This document shows positions 46,497 to 55,464 of a stretch of 64,000 nt of DNA, piece by piece (position 1 is the stretch's first letter; each line of letters starts with the position of its first letter). Below the pieces are notes generated by a model. That model saw only the letters and a list, made by a program, of their open reading frames with translations, made no database searches and had not been told where the DNA came from. Both the position numbers and the translations under genes were made by a program. The stretch comes from a virus: the IMG/VR virus record IMGVR_UViG_3300008009_000010, one strand, 5' to 3'.

Positions 46497-46862
46497 ATGG
46501 CATACGTTAGTCAAGATGAAAAACGTGAACTTTCTCCTGCTATCAAAGAAGTTCTAAAAAAACATGGGTTAAAAGGTTCTATTTCTATTTATAATCACAT
46601 GACTCTTGTCGTAACAATTAAATCAGGTACAATTGATTTTAAAGCAGATGCTATCAATAAAGAATACTGGTATAATGTTAATGAATATCATATTGAAAAA
46701 CATTATACAGGTAAAGCTCAAACTGCTTTGCTTGAACTGAAAGATGCAATGAACGTTGGAAATTATGATCATTCTGATACAATGACTGATTATTTCTGTG
46801 TTGGTCGGTATATTGAAATTAATATTGGTAAATGGAATAAACCTTATATTCTTACAAAATAA
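46497..46862 (+). CDS. Conserved phage hypothetical protein, tandem copy 2
   Basis: C-terminal DHSDTMTDYF; has its own TTGACT-N17-TACTAT promoter (46428-46456). Confidence 0.75.
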   Translation: MAYVSQDEKRELSPAIKEVLKKHGLKGSISIYNHMTLVVTIKSGTIDFKADAINKEYWYNVNEYHIEKHYTGKAQTALLELKDAMNVGNYDHSDTMTDYFCVGRYIEINIGKWNKPYILTK

Positions 46863-46886
46863 CATATTACATTTTAGGATTAACGT

Positions 46887-47402
46887 ATGCGTGATATATG
46901 GGTAATTTCTGATACACATTTTTTACATAGGGCTATTCTTTCATTTAAAGATAAAAATGGTAATTTAATAAGACCTGATTTTGATGGTATTTATCACATG
47001 AATGAAGTCATAATTAATAATTGGAATTCTGTTGTAAAGGATAATGATATTATATATCATTTAGGTGATGTATTTATGGGGTCTAGAAAAGAATTTAAAA
47101 ATATATGGGAAAGATTAAAAGGTAGAAAAAGGTTAGTTGTGGGTAATCATGATGATATTAAATATTTATCAAAAGAAAACTTTTTCCAGAAAATTACTAT
47201 GTGGAGAATGTTTCCTGAATTTGGTTTGATTTTATCTCATCTTCCACTTCATGCAACATCTTTGAAAAAAGGGGATAAAATTTTATTGAATTTACATGGC
47301 CATATTCATCAAAATAAATCACCTGAAGGTTCTTACCATAATTGTTGTGTTGAAGTTAATAACTATAAACCTATCAATATTGAAGATGTTAGAATTTGCT
47401 AA
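46887..47402 (+). CDS. Calcineurin-like metallophosphoesterase
   Basis: ISDTHF, HLGDV, GNHD, LSH, HGHIH. Confidence 0.92.
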   Translation: MRDIWVISDTHFLHRAILSFKDKNGNLIRPDFDGIYHMNEVIINNWNSVVKDNDIIYHLGDVFMGSRKEFKNIWERLKGRKRLVVGNHDDIKYLSKENFFQKITMWRMFPEFGLILSHLPLHATSLKKGDKILLNLHGHIHQNKSPEGSYHNCCVEVNNYKPINIEDVRIC

Positions 47403-47469
47403 TGAAATAAAAATCATGAAATTTCTCATTACCAAGAATTTTTAAAATATTTTTTAAAAGGAGAATAGA

Positions 47470-47679
47470 ATGTATATTCCAAGTAATGTAACAGCTGAAG
47501 AATTTTTTAAGTATTATTGTACAGATGAAAAATCTATTAGATATTTGGATGAATTAAATGAAAATGAAAAAAATAAAATACTTGAACTAAAAGAAGAAAT
47601 AGAAAATTTAAAAGAAGAAATAATGTTTTTGAATGATGAAAATAATGATCTAAAAATGGAGATTAAAAAAAGTGAATGA
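47470..47679 (+). CDS. Hypothetical coiled-coil protein
   Basis: 69 aa, AAGGAG RBS. Confidence 0.6.
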   Translation: MYIPSNVTAEEFFKYYCTDEKSIRYLDELNENEKNKILELKEEIENLKEEIMFLNDENNDLKMEIKKSE

Positions 47680-47902
47680 TGATTTTATTAAATTTAAAAA
47701 CTTATCAACTTCAAAAGTTGGGGTTTCTAGTATTAAAACTATCATTAATGAAGATGATTATCATATTCATTTAAATGAATGGTGGAATGGTGAAGGAGCA
47801 GATTTATCTATTTCACATAAAGATAAAGACATTTATTTTATTTCATTACCTTTTGAAGTTTTTATTGCTATTAAAGAACTAATTAATGATTTTTATGAAT
47901 AA
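47672..47902 (+). CDS. Hypothetical protein
   Basis: 76 aa; EWWNGEG.D.SI motif. Confidence 0.65.
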   Translation: MNDDFIKFKNLSTSKVGVSSIKTIINEDDYHIHLNEWWNGEGADLSISHKDKDIYFISLPFEVFIAIKELINDFYE

Positions 47903-47986
47903 TATATTTGACAAATCATTTTTTGTTTGTTAGAGTAACGTTATTGATATTCTGTAGTTTACATTTTACTCTAGTGGAGAAAATAC

Positions 47987-48190
47987 ATGAAACTCTATAA
48001 AACAAAATGGAATGAACTTCAATATGGAAACATTAAAGGAATTCATGTTCAACTTCTTAAAAAATCAAAAAAATGTTCTGATTGGAGATTCTTTAATGAA
48101 GGTAATGTAGTTGGGCCTGTTTATCCATCTAAAGCTATTCTATTAGCTGATATGAATAGATATGCCCTTGAATCATGGGGTTTATCTTAA
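47987..48190 (+). CDS. Hypothetical protein
   Basis: 67 aa; VGPVYPSKAILLAD..RYA..WG. Confidence 0.65.
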   Translation: MKLYKTKWNELQYGNIKGIHVQLLKKSKKCSDWRFFNEGNVVGPVYPSKAILLADMNRYALESWGLS

Positions 48191-48231
48191 AAATAATTTA
48201 TTCATCTTATATTTTATGATAAGGAAATGTA

Positions 48232-49341
48232 ATGTTAGTACAAAAATTTTTACGAGATAATTCACTTGAAACACTTGTTGAAAAATATGGGATTAAAGTT
48301 GTTGAACATCCTACTGATGGACGAGTAATTTTAAATTATAGTCAAATAGATTCTGTAAAAACAGAACCCATTGTTATGGAATGTCGAGGACTAGTTCTTG
48401 ATAAGAATAATAATTGGAATGTAGTAGCACGGTCTTTTGATCGTTTTTTTAATTTATTTGAACATTCTGAATTAACAGATACATTTGATTGGTCTGATTT
48501 TTCATGTACTTCAAAAGAAGATGGTTCATTAATTCTTTTTTATTTCTATAATGGAGAATGGCAAATAAATACTCGTGGTTCTTTTGCTGATTCTATTTGT
48601 GGATTTTCTGATAAAACCTGGAAAGAACTTATTATTAATTTACTCCCTAATGATACTTCTATGTTCTTAAAAAATTTCACCTATATTTTTGAGTTTTGTT
48701 CTTTACAAAATAAAATTGTTAGAAATTATAGTGAACCAACTCTTTATTTAATTGGTATTAGAGATAATAAAAATAATAATGATATTAAAAATTCTTCATT
48801 AGATATTGAAGCAAAACACCTTGGTCTTAAACGTCCCGTGTCTTATGATTTTAAATCTCTTCAAGAAATTCAGAATTTTTTGAAACAACAAGAATCTGAA
48901 GATGCAAGTTTTGAAGGAGTTGTCCTAAGAGATAAAAATGGCCTTAGAATGAAAATTAAAAGTTCAACTTATATTGCTCTTCATAGACTCCGTGGGGAAA
49001 ATAATAATATTTTTAATCCTAAATATCTAATTCATTTTGTGTTATCAGGGGAATCTAATGAACTTCTCACTTATTTTAATGAAGCAAAAGATGCTTATTA
49101 TAAATGTGAAGCTCTTGTTCATAATGAACTTTCTAACCTCACTGATATTTTTCTTGCAACAAAAAATATTGAAGACCAAAAAGAATTTGCTTCAGCTGTT
49201 ATAAAAAAATATAATACAAAATTTCCAAATATTCTCTTTAAATTAAAAAAAGAATTTGGTACTCAAGCAACAAAAGAAATTTTGCTTGCTATCTGGAGAG
49301 ATTCAGCAGATATGATTTATAAAGTTATTTATAAAAAATAA
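48232..49341 (+). CDS. ATP-dependent RNA ligase, T4 Rnl1-like
   Basis: ECRGLV, KFF-like RSFDRFFN, motif I SKEDGSLI, INTRGS, IFEF, EGVVL, MKIKS..Y..LH. Confidence 0.9.
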   Translation: MLVQKFLRDNSLETLVEKYGIKVVEHPTDGRVILNYSQIDSVKTEPIVMECRGLVLDKNNNWNVVARSFDRFFNLFEHSELTDTFDWSDFSCTSKEDGSLILFYFYNGEWQINTRGSFADSICGFSDKTWKELIINLLPNDTSMFLKNFTYIFEFCSLQNKIVRNYSEPTLYLIGIRDNKNNNDIKNSSLDIEAKHLGLKRPVSYDFKSLQEIQNFLKQQESEDASFEGVVLRDKNGLRMKIKSSTYIALHRLRGENNNIFNPKYLIHFVLSGESNELLTYFNEAKDAYYKCEALVHNELSNLTDIFLATKNIEDQKEFASAVIKKYNTKFPNILFKLKKEFGTQATKEILLAIWRDSADMIYKVIYKK

Positions 49342-49393
49342 AAGATTCAAAACATTATTTTATTTTTGAAAAATTAAATAAAGGATATTTGAA

Positions 49394-50302
49394 ATGCAAT
49401 TTGATTACAAAATACCTATGTCAGAAAACTTCATTAAAAATAATCAAAATGAATTAGACTGGGATTATATTTCTAAATATCAGAAACTCACAGAAGACTT
49501 TATTAGAAATTTTCAAAATAAAGTAAACTGGAATTATATTTCAACTTATCAAATCATCTCCGAAAATTTCATTAGAGAAAATAAAGATAAAGTAACCTGG
49601 AATTGCATTTATTGTTATCAAAAACTTTCTGAAAATTTTATTAGAGAATTTCAAGATGAAGTAGATTGGTATTATATTTCAAATTATCAAAAACTCTCAG
49701 AAGAATTTATTAGAGAATTTCAAGATAAAATATATTGGGGTTGGGTTTCTTGTTGTCAAAAACTATCTGAAGAATTTATTAGAGAATTCCAAGATGAAGT
49801 AGATTGGTATTTTATTTCTGTTTATCAAAAACTCTCAGAAGAATTTATTAGAGAATTCCAAGATAAAGTAGATTGTTATTGTATTTCTAAATATCAGAAA
49901 CTTTCAGGAGGTTTTATTAGTGAATTTCAAGATAAATTATATATGGAATTCATTAGTGATAACTGGACTTATAAAGATACATCATTCAAAAAAGAACAAG
50001 TTGTTAAAACTGGATTGTATGAATGCTATGATGATTACTTTATTGCTTATAAAGGCATTAGAAATGACCGATATAGCGATTTTAATTTTCAGTACCAGTA
50101 TTTACCTGGTAATACATATAGTTCTTGGGCTGATTCTAGTCTAGATGAAAATTCATTTGGACTTTCTGTATGGACAAAACAAGAAGCTAAAAAATATTGT
50201 ACCCAGTTAGTTATCAAAGTTAAAGTTATGTATTCTGATGTTGCTAGAGTTGTTCATAATGAAGGTAAAATTAGATGTTTTAAACTTACTGTTCTTGATT
50301 AA
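49394..50302 (+). CDS. Trp-repeat (23-aa) protein with a conserved C-terminal domain, copy A
   Basis: 7 repeats of xWxxISxYQKLSE.FIREFQDKV, then a YFIAYKG..GLSVWT..KIRCF domain. Confidence 0.85.
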   Translation: MQFDYKIPMSENFIKNNQNELDWDYISKYQKLTEDFIRNFQNKVNWNYISTYQIISENFIRENKDKVTWNCIYCYQKLSENFIREFQDEVDWYYISNYQKLSEEFIREFQDKIYWGWVSCCQKLSEEFIREFQDEVDWYFISVYQKLSEEFIREFQDKVDCYCISKYQKLSGGFISEFQDKLYMEFISDNWTYKDTSFKKEQVVKTGLYECYDDYFIAYKGIRNDRYSDFNFQYQYLPGNTYSSWADSSLDENSFGLSVWTKQEAKKYCTQLVIKVKVMYSDVARVVHNEGKIRCFKLTVLD

Positions 50303-50332
50303 AACTATGTTTATCAAGCTAGGAGTTATTGT

Positions 50333-50716
50333 ATGATTTTAGAATCTGAAAAAGGAGAAACCGTTTATAGAATACCTATGACTGAAAACTTTATTAGAGA
50401 ATTTCAAGATAAAGTAGACTGAAATTAATTAGTGATAATTGGATTTATAAAGATACTGAGTTTAAAAAAGAACTAGTTCTTAAAACTGGATTGTATGAAT
50501 GTCATGATGATTACTTTATTGCTTATAAAGGTATTAGAAGTGATAGGCATAGCAACTACAATTTTCAGTACCAGTATTTTTCTTGGGCTGATAGTACTTC
50601 AAATGAAGATTCTTTTGGTTTATCAACATGGGCAGAAAAAGAATCTGAAACTATTGTGACCAGTTAGTTATCAAAGTTAAATACAAAGATGTTTTAAACT
50701 TACTGTTCTTAATTAA
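50333..50716 (+). pseudogene. Deleted and frameshifted copy of the Trp-repeat gene
   Basis: PMTENFIREFQDKVD followed directly by a frameshifted C-terminal domain with several deletions. Confidence 0.8.
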
Positions 50717-50850
50717 ACTTTAATTTTATAAATACATTAATATATATAGTTAAAGAGAAAATATATTTTCAATAAAACTCTCTCATAATTTTTAGAAGAA
50801 AAGAAATTGGAAATATTTTTTTATATATAAAAAACAAGAGAAAGTTTCTT

Positions 50851-51576
50851 ATGGAAAAACTAAATCGTATTTTTTTAACAGGTGATATTCATAGTTCCAT
50901 TTCTATTAGAAAACTTTCTAATAAAAATTGGAAAGAAGGACATACACTCAATAAAAATGATTATGTTATTATTCTTGGTGATTTTGGTCTTATTTGGGAA
51001 GAGTATCGTACTAAAGAAAGTGATTTCTGGTTGAAATGGTTAGATGATCAACCTTGGACAACTTTATTTATTGATGGGAATCATGAAAATCATACTTTGT
51101 TGAATAAATTACCTAGAAAACATCTTTTTGGTTCTAAAGTTGGAATTGTTTCACATTCAATTTTTCATCTTCTTCGGGGGGAAGTATATAACATAAATAA
51201 GAAGAAAATACTAACTATTGGTGGTGCTACTAGCCATGATAAAGAATATAGAGTATATGGTAAATCTATTTGGCATGAAGAAGATATTACTCATGATGAT
51301 ATTTCTACTGCTAAAGAAAATGTAAAAAATAATTTATTTGAAGTTGATTATGTTTTAACACATTGTGCACCTCCTAAAATAGCTTTTAAATGTATTGATA
51401 ACAGAAATTCTTTTTATCAACCTGATACTTCTGAAAATCAACTTGATTGGTTTTTTGAATCTTCTAGATTAAAATATAAAAAACATTATTTTGGGCATTA
51501 TCATCAAGATAATGTAAAAGATGAATATGAAAATAAATGGGAATGTCTATATCATAAAATTATCGAAATAAAATAA
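50851..51576 (+). CDS. Calcineurin-like metallophosphoesterase
   Basis: TGDIH, LGDFG, DGNHEN, GGA.S.D, LTHCAP, FGHYH. Confidence 0.92.
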   Translation: MEKLNRIFLTGDIHSSISIRKLSNKNWKEGHTLNKNDYVIILGDFGLIWEEYRTKESDFWLKWLDDQPWTTLFIDGNHENHTLLNKLPRKHLFGSKVGIVSHSIFHLLRGEVYNINKKKILTIGGATSHDKEYRVYGKSIWHEEDITHDDISTAKENVKNNLFEVDYVLTHCAPPKIAFKCIDNRNSFYQPDTSENQLDWFFESSRLKYKKHYFGHYHQDNVKDEYENKWECLYHKIIEIK

Positions 51577-51730
51577 TTTTTAGATTTCCTATCTTCACTA
51601 AAGTATATCCTCTCCTGGTTGTTAATTATCTAATAAATTTATTTTTTTATTGACATAAAGAATAGTATATTATATTATTTATTTGTTGGTAAAAACTACT
51701 TCAAAGGGGGGAAAGAGAGAGAGAGGAAAA

Positions 51731-51901
51731 ATGACAGAACTTGAAATTATCAAAAATAAAATTGAAGAAAATTATAAAAATGGGAATCAACGTTATGCAG
51801 GGCTTAAATCACATGAGATTGGAACATATAATAGAGCTTTGATGTTTGGAGAAAAATACGAAGCTTTTGATGAAGATTATTATAAAAATTATTGCGATTA
51901 A
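51731..51901 (+). CDS. Small hypothetical protein
   Basis: Likely start at 51731 after a GAGAGG RBS. Confidence 0.5.
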   Translation: MTELEIIKNKIEENYKNGNQRYAGLKSHEIGTYNRALMFGEKYEAFDEDYYKNYCD

Positions 51902-51916
51902 GGAGAGAAAATTATA

Positions 51917-52495
51917 ATGAAAGTTATATTATTATGTTTTTTATTATTACCTAACATTTCTTTTGCGGTTGACTGTAATATATTAACAGAAGATCAGATT
52001 TCAAATCTAAAAATGGCTTATACGATTGGGCAAAAAATTACATTTAATAATGATCATTTTGGGGAAACTATTGCTTCAATTCTTTGGCAAGAAACAAAAG
52101 CTGGTTGTGAAAAATATAGGTCAAATGGTTTTATTGTAGGAGATAAAAATAGAAAAGGTAAACCAAAAAGTCTTGGTTTGATGCAAGTACAAATTAGAGC
52201 AGCAAGAGATGTTGAAAAATGGTATCCTAAAATTTTTGAAAAAGAATTTGGTAAAAATTATTCCCCTACAAATGAAGAATTACTTATTCGTTTATTAATC
52301 CAACCTGAATTTAATATTTCTGTTGGGGCTGCATATTATAAAAAAATGCTTTCTATTAAAAAAAATTGGAGAAAATCAATTCTTGCTTATAATAGAGGAG
52401 CAGGAAATGATGGGAAAGATCCTAATAATTATGTGAAACGAGTTATTAAATGGAGAAAACTTATTGTTCAGAAAAATATTGTGTATTTGAAATAA
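51917..52495 (+). CDS. Lytic transglycosylase (SLT/lysozyme-like) with a signal peptide
   Basis: ILWQET (catalytic E), LGLMQV, NISVGAAYY, ILAYNRG, YVKRV. Confidence 0.85.
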   Translation: MKVILLCFLLLPNISFAVDCNILTEDQISNLKMAYTIGQKITFNNDHFGETIASILWQETKAGCEKYRSNGFIVGDKNRKGKPKSLGLMQVQIRAARDVEKWYPKIFEKEFGKNYSPTNEELLIRLLIQPEFNISVGAAYYKKMLSIKKNWRKSILAYNRGAGNDGKDPNNYVKRVIKWRKLIVQKNIVYLK

Positions 52496-52575
52496 AATAT
52501 TCACAAGAAACCTTCTTATTATAATCTATATTTGTGGTTAAAGAGAGAAAAAAACTTTCTAAAGAAGATTTAAAA

Positions 52576-52638
52576 ATGCATTTTGAATACAAAAAATCTA
52601 TGTCTGAAGAGTTCATTAAAGAATTTTAAGATAAATTT
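52576..52638 (+). pseudogene. Tiny remnant of a Trp-repeat gene
   Basis: MHFEYKKSMSEEFIKEF*DK matches the family N-terminus; same leader motif upstream. Confidence 0.6.
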
Positions 52639-52745
52639 TATTAATATAAAAGTTAATCCAGTTTTTTATTGGCAATCTTTTGAAAATGAGTTAATCTATA
52701 TTTGTGGTTAAAGAGAGAAACAAAAATTTTTTAAAGGAGATATAA

Positions 52746-53012
52746 ATGAAATATCGAATTGGCATTGTAGACAAAGAAACTGGTAGAGAACTTGATTCAA
52801 AAAAATATCTCAATGGAATTAGAGATGAGTATAATGATAAATGTATTCAAAATATTGCCAATTGGGTTTTTTGTGACTGTGAGGATGGTTTTTATCAAGC
52901 AGATCAAAATATTGTTTATAGTATTCCTAATGATATTGAATTGCCTGAAAACTCTCTAATTACTGTAATTCAATTTGATGAAGAATGTGATTGTTATGCT
53001 GAATGTCATTAA
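52746..53012 (+). CDS. Hypothetical protein
   Basis: 88 aa, AAAGGAG RBS. Confidence 0.6.
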   Translation: MKYRIGIVDKETGRELDSKKYLNGIRDEYNDKCIQNIANWVFCDCEDGFYQADQNIVYSIPNDIELPENSLITVIQFDEECDCYAECH

Positions 53013-53388
53013 ATTTCCAAAATGGTTTCGGCTTGCAAAAAATGAGGCAGAAAAATCAGAATATCGGTTAAAAGTTGGTTGTGTTGTTGTGAAAGGAGGT
53101 TCTTTAATTTCTAAAGGGTTTAATTCAGTAACATATCGTTCTATTGGTTCAACAAAATATACAGCCTGGAAAGAATCCCTTCACGCTGAACGAGCAGCAC
53201 TTTCTAAAATTAATAAAGAAGATATTAAAGGTTCTACAGTTTATATTTATCGAGAATATAATGTTACAGGAAAACCAGCATTTACAAAACCTTGTGCCCA
53301 ATGTGCTTTTATGTTAAGAGAACTTGGAGTAAAAAAAGTTTATTATACTCATCCAGAATACCCATTTTTTGAAATTATCAAATATTAA
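52975..53388 (+). CDS. Zinc-dependent cytidine/dCMP deaminase-fold protein
   Basis: HAE..A and PCAQC motifs, KVGCVVV, GFN. Confidence 0.88.
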   Translation: MMKNVIVMLNVIKFPKWFRLAKNEAEKSEYRLKVGCVVVKGGSLISKGFNSVTYRSIGSTKYTAWKESLHAERAALSKINKEDIKGSTVYIYREYNVTGKPAFTKPCAQCAFMLRELGVKKVYYTHPEYPFFEIIKY

Positions 53389-53521
53389 ATATGAAACTTT
53401 GCCCAATATGTAATGAAGGTTATTTAACAGATCATTTTTCTGATAATCTAGAATGGTCTCTGTTTGTTCTTTTTGTAAAGCTGAACAAACTTCTTATATA
53501 CAAACGAAACATAATAAGGAA

Positions 53522-54166
53522 ATGATAATGAAAAAATCTTATGAAAAAATTAATATAAGAGAAACAATACATCATTATATAAAAGAATTTATGATAAATT
53601 GTTCAGATTTTTATCAAGATATGCAGAATTGTGACCACAATGAAACAAAAGTAGATTGTTACTCACAATGGCATATTGAAGGATCTGTATGGACACATAC
53701 AATGATGGTTCTTTCACAACTTACTGTTTATCTAGATAATACCTCTAGGTATCATAATGAAAAACTTCTAATTCTTGCTGCCCTTTTTCATGATATTGGT
53801 AAACCAAAAGCTAGATTTTGGAATGATAAAAAACAAAAAATAGTTTTTTATGGTCATAGCGGTATCTCAACTATGTTAGCAAATGAGTTTCTTGAATATA
53901 TTGAACCAAATTTAACAAAAGATGAAAAACTTTATATTCTTAGATTGATTAACTATCATCAAATACTTTTTGATGCTGGAGATCTTTCAGGTAAAACTCT
54001 GAAAAAATTCTCGGAAAAATTCAAAAATTCATTTATTTTACTTGACGATTTATATGCATTACGTTATGCTGATTTTAATGGCAATCTTTCTACTGATAAA
54101 ATGAATCTTTCTTTTAGTGATATTGAAAACATTAAACGAGGTTTTAAAAAATGTCTGATAAATTAA
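53522..54166 (+). CDS. HD-domain phosphohydrolase (RNA end-healing type)
   Basis: HIEGSVWTHT, AALFHDIGKP, GH, YH, AD; likely start at 53522. Confidence 0.85.
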   Translation: MIMKKSYEKINIRETIHHYIKEFMINCSDFYQDMQNCDHNETKVDCYSQWHIEGSVWTHTMMVLSQLTVYLDNTSRYHNEKLLILAALFHDIGKPKARFWNDKKQKIVFYGHSGISTMLANEFLEYIEPNLTKDEKLYILRLINYHQILFDAGDLSGKTLKKFSEKFKNSFILLDDLYALRYADFNGNLSTDKMNLSFSDIENIKRGFKKCLIN

Positions 54167-54609
54167 TTACTATTATGATTGGCCTTCCTGCTTCTGGTAA
54201 ATCTACTATTGCTAATTCTCTTGACCAAATTGTTTTATCTAGAGATAATTTTGTCTTAGAGTTGTCTGGTCATAATAATTATAATCTTGCTTTTAATTCT
54301 GTTGATCAAGTTGAAGTAGATACTTGTTTTAATAACCAACTCTCAGAGCTTTGTAATAGTGGTAAATCCTTTATCATTGATAAAACTCACATGACTGCTA
54401 AGAGTCGTAATAAATCAACTCAAATAGCCCGTTCTAAATGTTATAAGATAAAATTTATTGTTGTTATGACTTCTTATCAAACAATTTTAGAAAGAAATAA
54501 AAACAGAGATAATAAATTTATACCAGAATATGTTATTGAAAATATGATGAAAAGTTTTGAAATGCCTTTTGATAATGAATATGATGAAATTGAATATGTT
54601 GGGATTTAA
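54151..54609 (+). CDS. AAA_33 polynucleotide kinase-like protein
   Basis: IMIGLPASGKST, SRD, IIDKT....SR, RNKNR...IPE.VI. Confidence 0.85.
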   Translation: MSDKLITIMIGLPASGKSTIANSLDQIVLSRDNFVLELSGHNNYNLAFNSVDQVEVDTCFNNQLSELCNSGKSFIIDKTHMTAKSRNKSTQIARSKCYKIKFIVVMTSYQTILERNKNRDNKFIPEYVIENMMKSFEMPFDNEYDEIEYVGI

Positions 54610-54630
54610 CTAAGAATTTTAATATAACAA

Positions 54631-55125
54631 ATGAAAGGAAAGAAAATGAGCGAAGAAACTAAAAAAGAAATTTTCAAATGGACATTAAACAATGGTATTC
54701 TCATTGGTTCAAGAGCATGGGGAGGTAGTACAACTTTTTCAGATTATGATGTAGTTTTTTCAGAAGAAAAATTTAGAAATATCATTTTACCAAATTTTAT
54801 TAAAAATAATATTGTCTTTAGTGATAAAGGTGGTATATCAGATTCAAAATGTGAACATATAATGTATAATATTAGTAATTTTAAATTTTTCTTCCAAGAA
54901 AATAAAATTATTAATATCATTACCTATAAAGAAGATAAGATTCCATTTATTAAAGAAATTAATTCTATTATGCTTTATATGGCAAAATGTCCTAATTTTT
55001 CTATCAAATTAGAAAGTAAACAAGCAAGAATTAGACATTTTGAATTATTGCTTCATACTGCATTTAAAGGAACAACAACTGGTAATAATATAGTATCACC
55101 AGAAGATGATGATATTCCATTTTAA
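54631..55125 (+). CDS. Minimal pol-beta-like nucleotidyltransferase
   Basis: LIGSRAWGGSTTFSDYDVV. Confidence 0.65.
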   Translation: MKGKKMSEETKKEIFKWTLNNGILIGSRAWGGSTTFSDYDVVFSEEKFRNIILPNFIKNNIVFSDKGGISDSKCEHIMYNISNFKFFFQENKIINIITYKEDKIPFIKEINSIMLYMAKCPNFSIKLESKQARIRHFELLLHTAFKGTTTGNNIVSPEDDDIPF

Positions 55126-55139
55126 TAGGAGAAATATAA

Positions 55140-55382
55140 ATGGGACAAGCTATTAAAAGAGGAACTTTTGAAGAACGAAAAACAGCAGCTATTAAAAGAA
55201 AAGATGCTGAAAAAAAAATTCGTGACCAAAAACTTATTGAGTACCGCTTAGAACAACGTAAAATCCAAAAAGAATTAGAAGAGTCAATGTTAATTGATGA
55301 TCTTGAAAAAAGAAAAATAGAACGAAAAAAAATTATGGAAAAATATTTTGCTATTCGTGAATCCTATACAAAATTTCTATGA
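55140..55382 (+). CDS. Hypothetical charged helical protein
   Basis: MGQAIKRGTFEERK motif, AGGAG RBS. Confidence 0.65.
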   Translation: MGQAIKRGTFEERKTAAIKRKDAEKKIRDQKLIEYRLEQRKIQKELEESMLIDDLEKRKIERKKIMEKYFAIRESYTKFL

Positions 55383-55464
55383 TATAATTTTTCAGAATAT
55401 CAAAGTATATTTTTTTATCTAGATTTATTTTTATTCAATAATTATACTCTAAAGGATATTTGAA

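Noticed and set aside
50420-50422. TGA in the repeat-gene pseudogene as another TGG-to-TGA case
   Set aside because: Alignment to paralogs shows a single-base deletion rather than a substitution.
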